Below, piece by piece: positions 37,591 to 47,070 of a stretch of DNA of 63,200 nt. The notes below the pieces were generated by a model. The model was not told the DNA's origin. It searched no databases and worked only from the letters and a program-made list of their open reading frames with translations. This DNA comes from an uncultured Erysipelotrichaceae bacterium (GTDB taxonomy: Bacteria; Bacillota_I; Bacilli_A; RF39; UBA660): positions 1-63,200 of the forward strand of contig CADACC010000003.1 in NCBI GenBank assembly GCA_902786275.1. Direction: 5' to 3'. Within the stretch, counting starts at the first letter, position 1, and each line of letters opens with the position of its first letter. The position numbers were made by a program, and so were the translations under genes.

Positions 37591-39999
37591 ATGGATAAAG
37601 AATTTAAATATGATGCTTTTATAAGTTATAGGCATTGTGACTTAGATAAGTTTGTTGCTGAAAATTTACATAAAGTATTAGAAACATATGAACTTCCCAA
37701 AAATGTTAAAGAAAAATTAGGTATTACTGGAAGAACTATTAAAAGAGTATTTAGAGATCAAGATGAACTTCCGCTTTCAAGTAATCTAGAAGATCCAATC
37801 GTAGATGCATTAAATAATTCTAAATATTTAATAGTTATATGTTCACCTAGATTAAAGGATTCTATGTGGTGTAAGAAAGAAATAGAAACTTTTAAAAAGG
37901 TTAGAGGTAGAAAGAATATTTTCTGCGTATTAATTGAGGGTGAACCTGTTGATTCTTTTCCAGAAGAAGTTTGCTTTGATGAAGTTGAAACTAAAGATAA
38001 AAATGGAAAGAAAAAGATAGAAAGAATACCTGTTGAACCGCTAGCTGCTGATGTTAGAGGAGAAAATAAAAAAGAAGTATTAAAGAAAATAAAAGAAGAA
38101 AAATTAAGATTAATTGCTCCAATGTATAATCTTGATTATGATGATTTGAAACAAAGACATAAATTAAGAAAAATGCATCAAATGATTGTTACATCTGTAT
38201 GTGTTACAGCATTTTGTTTACTATTTGCAATATATTCTACATTTATGTTTTTAAAGATAAATAGTCAGCAAAAGAAGCTTAAGCTTAATCAAGCAATAAA
38301 TTTATCTAAAGAGTCAGTAAATAAATTAAATAATGATAGTCGTACTGCAGCTGTAAAAAAAGCATATCAATCCCTAACAAAATATAATGGCGTTAAAATG
38401 CCATATACATCTGATGCTGAATATGCTTTAACTGAGGCTCTAGGAGTATATGATGTTGGTATTACAAATAAAGCTGCAGGTGAATATAAAACAAAAGGTG
38501 TAGTTGATTTTATTAAGTCATCGCCTAATCACAAATATGCTTTAGTTTATGATGAAGCTGAAGAACTTACTTTAATTGATTCAAATAAACTTAAAAAAAT
38601 AAATACATATGGTAATATTAATGGCTTTTTATTTAATAAAGAATCATTTACATTTATAGGTGATTCTAAAATAGCATATATTGATAATAATGGATCTGTG
38701 TTAGTATATGATATTAAATCGGGTAAAAAAGTAAAAGAGTTTAAAAAAGATAAAGCTAGTTTTATATCTATAAATAGTGATTATAACGGTAAATACCTTA
38801 TTTTAAATAATTCTTACAAGACTTATATATATGATACAGATAAGTTTAATAAATTAGGTGAATTTGATGCATCTGGTCAAGCTATATCAAGTGAAATGAG
38901 ATTTACTGATGATGCTAAATATGTTTTTATTGGAACTAATAAAGACTCTATTATTTTAGGTGAAGATGATAATATTACAATGCATGTTTTAAATACATCT
39001 AATCTAAAAGAAGAAGATAAGTTTTCTATTAACGCTAAATATATATCTGATATTGTAGATAATGGTAAAGGAAATATATTTGTTCTTTCTAATCAGTCTT
39101 ATAAAAATTATATGAGTATGGAAGTTTATTCTTATAGTTATAAGAATAAAAAAGTAAACTGGCATAAATCTTTTGAAGATATATGGGGTAAGTATATTCA
39201 ATTAAGTTTATATGATGAGGTAAGTAACTTGGCTTTAGTTAATACAAGTAATGTTAGAGTTTTAAGTCAAGAAGATGGATCATTTATAAGTTCATTTAAT
39301 TTAAAAAGTGAAGCTGTTGGAATCCTAGCATCTTATACTTCTGATTTATATGTTGCCTTTACTAAAGAGGGTAATGTTAATTTTCTAAATCTAAAAAACG
39401 GTGAGAATTATATAAATCCAGATTTATTTAATTTAAAACTTAAAAATTATAATAACGTAGTTCAAAATGAAAAAGGTTATTTACTTACTGCTAAGAATGA
39501 TAATAGAGTTATAAGTTATACTAAACATAAAGCTAAAATATTAAAAGAAGAAGAGAAAAAAGATAATAAATATATAACTGATGACTCTATAAGTGTTAAT
39601 AAATTTGATGAAGTAAAAAAAGAGTATAACATTGAAAAGAAGAACTTAGTTGATAGAATGCTATTTGATAATAAGAAAAAGATATTATTTGTTACTTATA
39701 AAGATAGTACTTTAGGTATTTATGATGCTAAAAACAAAAAATTAATTAAAATGATTAATGATGTTACATCAATTGAACACTACTTTGGTAAAGATAAATA
39801 TGGAAGAACTTATGTAGGTGATTTATCTAATTCTTATATTTTAGATAAAGACTATAATAAAGTAGGTCATATTAAATCGTTATCAAAACTTGATAGTAAA
39901 AATAATCAAGTTATAGTAACTTATAATGGTGTAAATTATACTCTTCCAATTTATACATTAGATGATTTACTTAAAGAAGCTAAAGCTTATTTAAAATAA
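37591..39999 (+). CDS. TIR domain - single TM helix - beta-propeller repeat protein (receptor-like)
   Basis: TIR: YDAFISYRHCD...RVFRDQDELP...YLIVICSPRLKDSMWCKKEIE. Basic KQRHKLRKMHQ + TM IVTSVCVTAFCLLFAIYSTFMFL. About 580 aa of blade-like repeats follow (GSVLVYDIKSGKKVKEF, TYIYDTDKFNKLGEF, STLGIYDAKNKKLIKMI). Confidence 0.75.
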   Translation: MDKEFKYDAFISYRHCDLDKFVAENLHKVLETYELPKNVKEKLGITGRTIKRVFRDQDELPLSSNLEDPIVDALNNSKYLIVICSPRLKDSMWCKKEIETFKKVRGRKNIFCVLIEGEPVDSFPEEVCFDEVETKDKNGKKKIERIPVEPLAADVRGENKKEVLKKIKEEKLRLIAPMYNLDYDDLKQRHKLRKMHQMIVTSVCVTAFCLLFAIYSTFMFLKINSQQKKLKLNQAINLSKESVNKLNNDSRTAAVKKAYQSLTKYNGVKMPYTSDAEYALTEALGVYDVGITNKAAGEYKTKGVVDFIKSSPNHKYALVYDEAEELTLIDSNKLKKINTYGNINGFLFNKESFTFIGDSKIAYIDNNGSVLVYDIKSGKKVKEFKKDKASFISINSDYNGKYLILNNSYKTYIYDTDKFNKLGEFDASGQAISSEMRFTDDAKYVFIGTNKDSIILGEDDNITMHVLNTSNLKEEDKFSINAKYISDIVDNGKGNIFVLSNQSYKNYMSMEVYSYSYKNKKVNWHKSFEDIWGKYIQLSLYDEVSNLALVNTSNVRVLSQEDGSFISSFNLKSEAVGILASYTSDLYVAFTKEGNVNFLNLKNGENYINPDLFNLKLKNYNNVVQNEKGYLLTAKNDNRVISYTKHKAKILKEEEKKDNKYITDDSISVNKFDEVKKEYNIEKKNLVDRMLFDNKKKILFVTYKDSTLGIYDAKNKKLIKMINDVTSIEHYFGKDKYGRTYVGDLSNSYILDKDYNKVGHIKSLSKLDSKNNQVIVTYNGVNYTLPIYTLDDLLKEAKAYLK

Positions 40000-40002
40000 T
40001 GT

Positions 40003-40033
40003 AAAAACCGATAACAAATTATCGGTTTTTTTT
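40003..40033 (+). terminator. Rho-independent terminator after the TIR gene
   Basis: AAAACCGAT aacaaatt ATCGGTTTT followed by TTTT. Confidence 0.85.
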
Positions 40034-40041
40034 GTTATAAT
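40033..40041 (+). promoter_or_regulatory. Extended -10 element (TGTTATAAT) of the NUDIX-NADAR operon
   Basis: TGTTATAAT directly abuts the terminator T-run, 28 nt upstream of the ATG at 40069. Confidence 0.5.
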
Positions 40042-40068
40042 AAAGTTTAATTAATGAGGAATATTTAT

Positions 40069-40605
40069 ATGAAGACAGTAGAGCTAAATGATAATAATTT
40101 AACTTTAAATGATATAAGTAAGTTTGAACATAAAAGTAGAGCTATACTTATGCAAGGTGATATGATTCTTGTTGCAAGCTATGGTGGAGTATTTTTACTT
40201 CCTGGTGGTAAAGTTGATGAAGATAAAAATGAATCATCTAAACTTGCATTAATTAGAGAGTTAAAAGAGGAAACTGGTGTTAATTATACTTTAGATGAAT
40301 TAACTCAAGTTTTAACTTTAAGATGGTTTCAATCAAGTTATCCAACTAGAAGTAAAGATGTAATTAATAGATATTTAGAAACTGATTATTTTATAGCTGA
40401 TTTTAAAGGAATAGATTTAAATAATGTTCATAGAACTGAAAAAGAATTAAAGGATGGATTTTCACTTAAACTAATATCAATTGAGGAATTTGCTAAGACA
40501 TTATCTGTTGGTTCTGATAATCCTCGAAAGAAATTTTTTGATAAAGAAAATGAAATAGTAATAGATACTATTAGATCTATTAGAGAAAGTAGAGGGCGAA
40601 AATGA
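40069..40605 (+). CDS. NUDIX hydrolase
   Basis: Nudix box: LPGGKVDEDKNESSKLALIRELKEETGV (E-x7-REUxEExGU). The ATG at 40069 is preceded by GAGG. Confidence 0.75.
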   Translation: MKTVELNDNNLTLNDISKFEHKSRAILMQGDMILVASYGGVFLLPGGKVDEDKNESSKLALIRELKEETGVNYTLDELTQVLTLRWFQSSYPTRSKDVINRYLETDYFIADFKGIDLNNVHRTEKELKDGFSLKLISIEEFAKTLSVGSDNPRKKFFDKENEIVIDTIRSIRESRGRK

Positions 40606-41081
40606 TTAAATTATTTGATAAAGATATGAACGAAATAAAATTTAGTATTCCTGATTATCAATTAAAATTATTCCCATTAGATAATTTTTCATCATTTGGT
40701 TTAAATATGGACAATGAATATTTTCAAACTAGTGAACATGCTTTTCAGTATTTAAAGTTTATTGATAATAATACTAATATAGCTAATAAGATAAAAGAAT
40801 CTTATTCACCAGATGATGCTAGAAGAATAGCTCATGAAAATAAAGAATATAGATTATCTAATTGGTCAGATATTAAATATATAAACATGGAAAAAGTATT
40901 AAGGTTAAAAGTTAATCAAAATCCAATTGTAAAAAAATGTTTACTTGATACAAAAGATTATATTATTGCAGAGGTATGTATAGATGAAGATACAGACTGG
41001 GGTCTTGATAATAATAATCAAGGAAATAATAATTTAGGTAAAATATGGATGAAAATAAGAGAGGATTTAAAGGGTAAATAA
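40602..41081 (+). CDS. NADAR (YbiA/DUF1768) domain protein
   Basis: FQTSEHAFQYLKF ... DARRIAHE ... WSDIKYINMEKVLRLKVNQNP ... DTDWGLD ... NNLGKIWMKIRE; ATGA overlap with the upstream NUDIX gene. Confidence 0.7.
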   Translation: MIKLFDKDMNEIKFSIPDYQLKLFPLDNFSSFGLNMDNEYFQTSEHAFQYLKFIDNNTNIANKIKESYSPDDARRIAHENKEYRLSNWSDIKYINMEKVLRLKVNQNPIVKKCLLDTKDYIIAEVCIDEDTDWGLDNNNQGNNNLGKIWMKIREDLKGK

Positions 41082-41872
41082 TGAAAAGTTTAATTAGCAT
41101 TAATTATAAGTTTATGGAAGTAAGTCCTAAAGAACTTGCAAAACTTATTAATTTATCTAAATATACAAAAGGTGTAGAGATTAATGTAGATGTAAATAAA
41201 GATGAAGAAATGAAATATTTAAACGATTTAGTTTTTGAACTTAAGAAAAATGATTTAATACTTCAAGTTCATGGTGAAGTTACTTTAGAATTAGATAAGC
41301 AAATAGAATTTATGAAGTTAATTGAAAATTATTCAGATTATCTAGGTTATCCTATTGTTGTTACAATGCATACTATTTATGACGAAGATGAAAATATATC
41401 TATATCTAAAACAATTAATTATATATCTAGTTTGTTAACTAAAATTAATAAGAACAAAATAGTACTTTGTTTAGAAAATTTAAATGACATTAGAGGTTTT
41501 AACAATAGATTAAATAAAGAAGATATAAAACCTTTAGTTTTAAATGATGAAAAATTATATTTTACATATGATATAGGTCATGAAATTGCTGACTATGGAC
41601 CTATTGTAAATCTTGATGGTTATATGTTTAGCGATATACGAAATGTACACTTACATTCATATAATGATCAAGGAGTTGACCATATTCCTATTTATAAAAA
41701 TGATAGACATTATCAAGATATTATTAAAGCTTTAGAGTTTTTAATAATAAATCATTATGAATATAATATAGTTTATGAATATGGTCTTGAATATTGTGCT
41801 GGAAATACAACTATTGATAAAATTAAAGAATATTTAAACTCCATTGATCTAGTGAGTGAAAAATATAATTAA
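41081..41872 (+). CDS. Xylose isomerase-like / AP endonuclease 2 family TIM-barrel protein
   Basis: CLENLN, YDIGHE and HLHSYN...DHIPI metal-ligand pattern; TAATG overlap with the NADAR gene. Confidence 0.45.
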   Translation: MKSLISINYKFMEVSPKELAKLINLSKYTKGVEINVDVNKDEEMKYLNDLVFELKKNDLILQVHGEVTLELDKQIEFMKLIENYSDYLGYPIVVTMHTIYDEDENISISKTINYISSLLTKINKNKIVLCLENLNDIRGFNNRLNKEDIKPLVLNDEKLYFTYDIGHEIADYGPIVNLDGYMFSDIRNVHLHSYNDQGVDHIPIYKNDRHYQDIIKALEFLIINHYEYNIVYEYGLEYCAGNTTIDKIKEYLNSIDLVSEKYN

Positions 41873-41931
41873 TATAGCAATACTAAGAAAAGAAATAATG
41901 AAAATAGCAATAGATAAGGAAGAAATATAAT

Positions 41932-42450
41932 ATGGAATTATTAGATGTAGTAGATGAAAATGGAAAATTTACTGGAGAGGTTATGGAGCGAGAAAATGTC
42001 CATGATCTTAATTTACTGCACTGGGAGATAGCTGTATTTATTGTAAATAAAAATAATCAAGTTTTACTTCAAAAAAGATCTCCTAATAAGAGATTTAATC
42101 CTAATAAATGGGGATTATGTGCAGGACATGTAGATAGTGGAGAAACATTAGAAGATACTGCTTTAAGAGAAGTAGAAGAAGAAATAGGTATTAAATATAA
42201 TATTAGTGATTTACATATTTTAGAAGAAATGGAAGTTAATAAAAGGGAATCTAATTCTCATATAGTTAGATATTATTATATTTATTGTGCTGAGAATAGC
42301 TTTTATATACAAACTGAAGAGTTATCTGAAGTTAGATGGTTTGATATTGATGATGTAATAAATATGGTAAAAAATAATGATGATTCATTAGTAATTAAAG
42401 AAGATAGACTTTATCTACTTGAAAGATTAAAAGATTTACTTAAGAATTAA
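41932..42450 (+). CDS. NUDIX hydrolase (Idi-like subgroup)
   Basis: Perfect Nudix box GHVDSGETLEDTALREVEEEIGI; paralog of 45315..45854. Confidence 0.85.
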   Translation: MELLDVVDENGKFTGEVMERENVHDLNLLHWEIAVFIVNKNNQVLLQKRSPNKRFNPNKWGLCAGHVDSGETLEDTALREVEEEIGIKYNISDLHILEEMEVNKRESNSHIVRYYYIYCAENSFYIQTEELSEVRWFDIDDVINMVKNNDDSLVIKEDRLYLLERLKDLLKN

Positions 42451-42480
42451 TGATAGATTAATAAAATTATAATTTAAATA

Positions 42481-42508
42481 AAGAAGATGCATATGCCTTC
42501 TTTTTTAA
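42481..42508 (+). terminator. Probable terminator
   Basis: AAGAAG..GCATATGC..CTTCTT followed by TTTT. Confidence 0.5.
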
Positions 42509-42573
42509 TTGATATACATATAGAATAATGATATCATTACTATGGAATACTATAGAAAAGGTAAACGGTTTAT

Positions 42574-45246
42574 ATGAAGAGAGTATTAAATCTTTTAGTA
42601 ATAATTTTATCTATATTTGTATTTAATGTAACTTCTGCATCTGCAGAGGTGCCTGCTGATGCCGTTTACGAAGTTAATGGTAATTATAAAAGTAAATTTT
42701 CAGATATTTTAAAATTTGTACCTAATGATACAAAAACAACTATAACTTTACTTAAAGATCAAAATGAAGCAATAACTATACCAAACGGAAAGAATATTGT
42801 ATTAGATTTAAATCAACATACATTAAGTGTACTTGATAATAAAAATGTTATTAGTAATAATGGTATATTAGAAATTATTAATGGTACTGTTACATCTGAT
42901 GTTGCATCAGGTATGATTAATAATAATCAAACAGGTACACTATATTTAAATGAAGGTACTTATAAAGCAACTGGTAAAAGACAAGCTATATATAATGATG
43001 GTGGTACTTTATATATATCTGGTAGTGCTGCACTTGAGTCTGCTTCTACAGAAAGAGCAACTGTTCATAATAGAAGAAGCGGAAAAATATATATTACTGG
43101 TGGAACAATTACATCTACTGGTTTGTATGCTATTTATAATGAAAATGGTTCTATTGATATTGGAACTAAAGATAATAAGTTTGATAAGAGTAAGCCAATT
43201 ATTCAAGGTAAAACATTTGGTGTAGCAGCTAATAATACTTTTAATTTTTATGATGGTATTATTAGAGGTTTAGAAGCTCCTGTTGGTAAAACATCTAATA
43301 CTGGTAATACACCTAATGTTACTGAAGACAAAGATCAAACTAAAGTAAATGATATTGAAGTAGATGCTGAGAAAAAAACACTAACAAATGATGATGGATA
43401 TAAAGAATTTTATTATTTTATTGATGAATCAAAAATAAAAATAACATTTGATCCAACTGGTGGAGAAGTGTCTCCAACGTATATAAAAATCACTATTGGT
43501 GATGCACTTGGAACACTACCTGTTCCTTCAAGAGTAGATTATTCATTTGATGGATGGTTTACTGATGAAACTGGCGGAGTAAAAATTACTGAATATACAA
43601 CACCAATAATGGCTTCTACATATTATGCACACTGGACATATGTCGATCCAAATTCTGTTGCTACCGTTGAAGGTGTAGGAGATATGTCTTTAAAAGAGGC
43701 ATTCCTACAAGGTGGTAATATTACTCTTAATAAAGATGTTATAATTACTGAACCACTTGCAATGCCTAAAGAAGCAACTCTTAATTTAAATGGTCATACA
43801 ATTACTTTAAATGATAATTATATTATGATTGAAGATAAAGTAAAAATAACTGATTTAACAGATGAACAAAAAGGAAAAATTACATCTACAGATGATTTTA
43901 CAATTTATGTTGGTTACAAAACTAATTATCCTGATGCTTCCTTAACACTTGAAGGTGGAACTATTGAAGGCTTAGGAATATACGGAGCTATATGGAACTA
44001 TGAAACAACAATAATTGATGGGGGAACAGTTACTGGTACAGCATCTACTCCAAGCGAGTATGAAGGACAAGTAATTTATAATACAAAGAATTTGATTATG
44101 AAATCTGGTACTGTATATTCATCAAATGGACATGCAGTTCAAGTTTATAAAAACTCAACATTTACTATGGATGGCGGACTATTAAAAAGTGATGCTACAA
44201 ATGATCAAACATTAAATTTATGGGGTGATTGTTCAGCAACTATTAATGGTGGAACTATTGAAGGATTAGAAGAAGAAACTGCTGGTATTGCAATGTTTGG
44301 AAATACTAATCTAACAATAAATGGTGGAACTATTATAGGACACTCTATGGCTGTTGCTGGTAATGGTAATGCTAAAAGTTCTAATGCTAATATTACTATT
44401 AATGGTGGAGATTTAATATCACTTCATGGTGTTGGAATTTATTATCCTCAAAGAGATAGTGTAGCTATTATTAATGGTGGTACTATTTCTGGACCTACAG
44501 GAATAGAGGTAAGATCATCTCAATTAATTGTTAATGATGGAACAATTATAGCTACTAGTGACACTTATAGTGTAAATCCTGAAACAAATGGTACAACATC
44601 AAAAGGTATTGCAATTGCTGTATCACAGCATACAACTCAAATGCCAATAGACGTTACTATCAATGGAGGAACATTAAAGGGAATTGTTCCATTAGTTGAA
44701 GTTAATCCACTTAATAATCCTGAAGAAGCTATCAATAAAATTAAGATCACTGTAAATAAAGGAAATTTTGTTTCAACTGGTGATAGAGTTATGGATATTC
44801 AAGATGAAATCCCAATATCTTTATCTGTTACTGGTGGTTTTTATACAACTGATCCTTCTCAATATGTTAGTGAAGGATATGGAGTTGTTAAACACTCTAA
44901 AAACCTATATGAAGTAACAAAAGTTCATAACATTATTATAGAACAAGGTGATATGAATATAGTGTCTGTTGATAGTGCTAAATATCCATATAAAGAAACA
45001 GTTTTATTTAATATTAAAGATGGTAATAAATATAGTGTTACAGTAACTGTTAAAGATGCTAATGGTAATACTATAAAGCTTAATAATAATTCATTTATAA
45101 TGCCTGATAGTGATGTTACTATTAGTGTTGAATATGAAAAGATTATTAATCCTACAACAAATGATAACATATCTAATTATATAATTATGTTAACTATAAG
45201 TTCACTTGGATTAATAATATTTACTAAAAAATTAATAAAAGCCTAA
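42574..45246 (+). CDS. Large surface protein: signal peptide, beta-helix-like G-rich repeats, Listeria-Bacteroides (Flg_new) repeat, sortase-B-like sorting signal
   Basis: SASA/EV signal cleavage site. FDPTGGEVSP...YSFDGWFTDETGG...YYAHW repeat. Reiterated INGGTI/LNGHTI turns. C-terminal NPTTN + hydrophobic IIMLTISSLGLIIF + KKLIKA. Confidence 0.7.
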   Translation: MKRVLNLLVIILSIFVFNVTSASAEVPADAVYEVNGNYKSKFSDILKFVPNDTKTTITLLKDQNEAITIPNGKNIVLDLNQHTLSVLDNKNVISNNGILEIINGTVTSDVASGMINNNQTGTLYLNEGTYKATGKRQAIYNDGGTLYISGSAALESASTERATVHNRRSGKIYITGGTITSTGLYAIYNENGSIDIGTKDNKFDKSKPIIQGKTFGVAANNTFNFYDGIIRGLEAPVGKTSNTGNTPNVTEDKDQTKVNDIEVDAEKKTLTNDDGYKEFYYFIDESKIKITFDPTGGEVSPTYIKITIGDALGTLPVPSRVDYSFDGWFTDETGGVKITEYTTPIMASTYYAHWTYVDPNSVATVEGVGDMSLKEAFLQGGNITLNKDVIITEPLAMPKEATLNLNGHTITLNDNYIMIEDKVKITDLTDEQKGKITSTDDFTIYVGYKTNYPDASLTLEGGTIEGLGIYGAIWNYETTIIDGGTVTGTASTPSEYEGQVIYNTKNLIMKSGTVYSSNGHAVQVYKNSTFTMDGGLLKSDATNDQTLNLWGDCSATINGGTIEGLEEETAGIAMFGNTNLTINGGTIIGHSMAVAGNGNAKSSNANITINGGDLISLHGVGIYYPQRDSVAIINGGTISGPTGIEVRSSQLIVNDGTIIATSDTYSVNPETNGTTSKGIAIAVSQHTTQMPIDVTINGGTLKGIVPLVEVNPLNNPEEAINKIKITVNKGNFVSTGDRVMDIQDEIPISLSVTGGFYTTDPSQYVSEGYGVVKHSKNLYEVTKVHNIIIEQGDMNIVSVDSAKYPYKETVLFNIKDGNKYSVTVTVKDANGNTIKLNNNSFIMPDSDVTISVEYEKIINPTTNDNISNYIIMLTISSLGLIIFTKKLIKA

Positions 45247-45262
45247 TAAGGCTTTTATTTTT
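45237..45262 (+). terminator. Rho-independent terminator
   Basis: AAAAGCCT aata AGGCTTTT followed by ATTTTTT. Confidence 0.75.
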
Positions 45263-45264
45263 TA

Positions 45265-45273
45265 TGTTATAAT
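45265..45273 (+). promoter_or_regulatory. Extended -10 element (TGTTATAAT)
   Basis: TGTTATAAT sits 42 nt upstream of the ATG at 45315. Confidence 0.45.
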
Positions 45274-45314
45274 TATTAGGGATAAGTAATTATTATTAGA
45301 TTCAAGGAGAAACT

Positions 45315-45854
45315 ATGATTGAATATTTTGATGTATTAAATGAAAAAGGTGAATTTACTAATCTAGTAAAAAGTAGAGAAGAATGTCATAAGGAAGGATT
45401 ATGGCATAAAGCTGTAGTCGTATTTATAATAAGCACTAATAATAAAAGAGTTTTATTACAGCAAAGAAGTTCAAATAAAAAATTATGGCCAAATCTATGG
45501 GATATAACTGCTGGTGGACATGTTTTAAAAGGTGAGTTTGGGTATCAAACTGTAATTAGAGAAACTAAAGAAGAAATTGGTATTGATATAGATAAAAAAG
45601 ATTTAGAATTTATCGGAGGTACGATTTCAGAAAATGTATCTGGAGATATAATTAACAGACATTTTAATGAGTTTTATATTGTACATAAAGATGTTGATAT
45701 AAAAGATATAGTTCTTCAAGAAGAGGAAGTTCAAGATATAAAATGGTTTGATAAAGAAGATCTTATAAATAAAATTAATAATAATTATGACACTTTAACT
45801 GATAAAGTTGGTTGTTGGAATTATTTATTAAAATATTTAGAAATAAATAAATAA
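45315..45854 (+). CDS. NUDIX hydrolase (Idi-like subgroup)
   Basis: GGHVLKGEFGYQTVIRETKEEIGI Nudix box; the N-terminus parallels 41932..42450. Confidence 0.85.
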   Translation: MIEYFDVLNEKGEFTNLVKSREECHKEGLWHKAVVVFIISTNNKRVLLQQRSSNKKLWPNLWDITAGGHVLKGEFGYQTVIRETKEEIGIDIDKKDLEFIGGTISENVSGDIINRHFNEFYIVHKDVDIKDIVLQEEEVQDIKWFDKEDLINKINNNYDTLTDKVGCWNYLLKYLEINK

Positions 45855-45876
45855 AAAATTTTTAATAGGTGAAATT

Positions 45877-46443
45877 ATGACTGTAGAAGAGAAAATATAT
45901 GAAGAAGTAAAAAATAGATGTGAAAAGCCAACAAATGCATATGGTATAGGAGCTTGGGATCATCATATAAAGATTGTTTATGATCTTGTAAAAAAATATG
46001 CAAAAGAATATGGTGCTGATCAAGAAATTGTTTCTATTGCAGCTCTTCTTCATGATATTGCTAGTGTAACAGATGTAAGTTATACAGAGGAACATCATAT
46101 TATTGGTGCTGATATTGCTGAAAAACTTTTAATTAATGAGAATTATTCTAAAGAAAAAATTAAATTGATCAAAAATTGTATTTTGAATCATAGAGGTAGT
46201 AGATTAGCTAGTAAAACTACACCTGAAGAAATATGTATTGCTGATTGTGATGCTATGGCACACTTTTATAGTATTCCATCACTTTTAAGTATGGTGTATA
46301 AAGAGAAGGGTCTATCTATTGATGATGGAAGCAAATTTGTTATGGATAAGCTTGATAGAAGTTATAACAAAATGTCTGAAAAGGGTAAGATTTTAGTTAG
46401 TAAACAGTATGAGTCTGCTAAAAACATTTTAAAAAATGATTAA
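45877..46443 (+). CDS. HD-domain phosphohydrolase
   Basis: HHIKIVYDLV...AALLHDIAS...ILNHRG...DCDAMAH. Confidence 0.8.
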   Translation: MTVEEKIYEEVKNRCEKPTNAYGIGAWDHHIKIVYDLVKKYAKEYGADQEIVSIAALLHDIASVTDVSYTEEHHIIGADIAEKLLINENYSKEKIKLIKNCILNHRGSRLASKTTPEEICIADCDAMAHFYSIPSLLSMVYKEKGLSIDDGSKFVMDKLDRSYNKMSEKGKILVSKQYESAKNILKND

Positions 46444-46461
46444 TTAAGTATAGGTGAAATT

Positions 46462-47043
46462 ATGAATAAAATATATATTGTACATTGCTGGGATGGAACT
46501 AAAGATGATGGTTGGTATCCTTGGCTTGATGAAAAATTAACAAATGAAAATAACAAAGTTTTTAGATTTAACATGCCAAATACTGCTAATCCTAAAATAG
46601 GTGAATGGGTATCTTTCCTTGATCAACAAATTGATAATTTAGATGAAAATACTTATTTTGTTGGACATAGTATTGGATGCCAAACTATACTTAGATATTT
46701 ACAATCAAAAGATGTAACAAAAATTGGTGGAGTGCTTCTTGTTGCACCTTGGCTTGATTTACTTGATTATGCTATAGAAGATGAAGAGTCATATGATACT
46801 GCTATGCCTTGGTTAACAGAGAAAATAGATTTTGAAAAAGTTAAAAAATTTACAGATAATATTCACTGTATTTTCTCCGATAATGATTATTTTGTTTCAA
46901 TAGATCAAAAGGATAAATTTGAAAAACTACTTGATGCAAAAACTCTTGTTGTATCAGGCAAGGGTCACATATCTGGAGAAGATAACGTATATGAACTTAA
47001 AGAGATTCTTGATGAATGTAATAAAATGATAAGTGAAAAATAA
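46462..47043 (+). CDS. RBBP9/YdeN-like serine hydrolase (alpha/beta fold)
   Basis: IYIVHCWDG...WYPWL...FVGHSIGCQ...D..V...GH catalytic triad pattern. Confidence 0.7.
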   Translation: MNKIYIVHCWDGTKDDGWYPWLDEKLTNENNKVFRFNMPNTANPKIGEWVSFLDQQIDNLDENTYFVGHSIGCQTILRYLQSKDVTKIGGVLLVAPWLDLLDYAIEDEESYDTAMPWLTEKIDFEKVKKFTDNIHCIFSDNDYFVSIDQKDKFEKLLDAKTLVVSGKGHISGEDNVYELKEILDECNKMISEK

Positions 47044-47070
47044 TAACTATATTTTGGGAAGGATTTTTTT

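Noticed and set aside
45863-45879. Recurring translation-initiation string AGGTGAAATTATG (also at 46451-46464 and 50559-50574)
   Set aside because: It is just a good SD (GGTGA) at optimal spacing in AT-rich context. There is no extended conservation outside ~13 nt.
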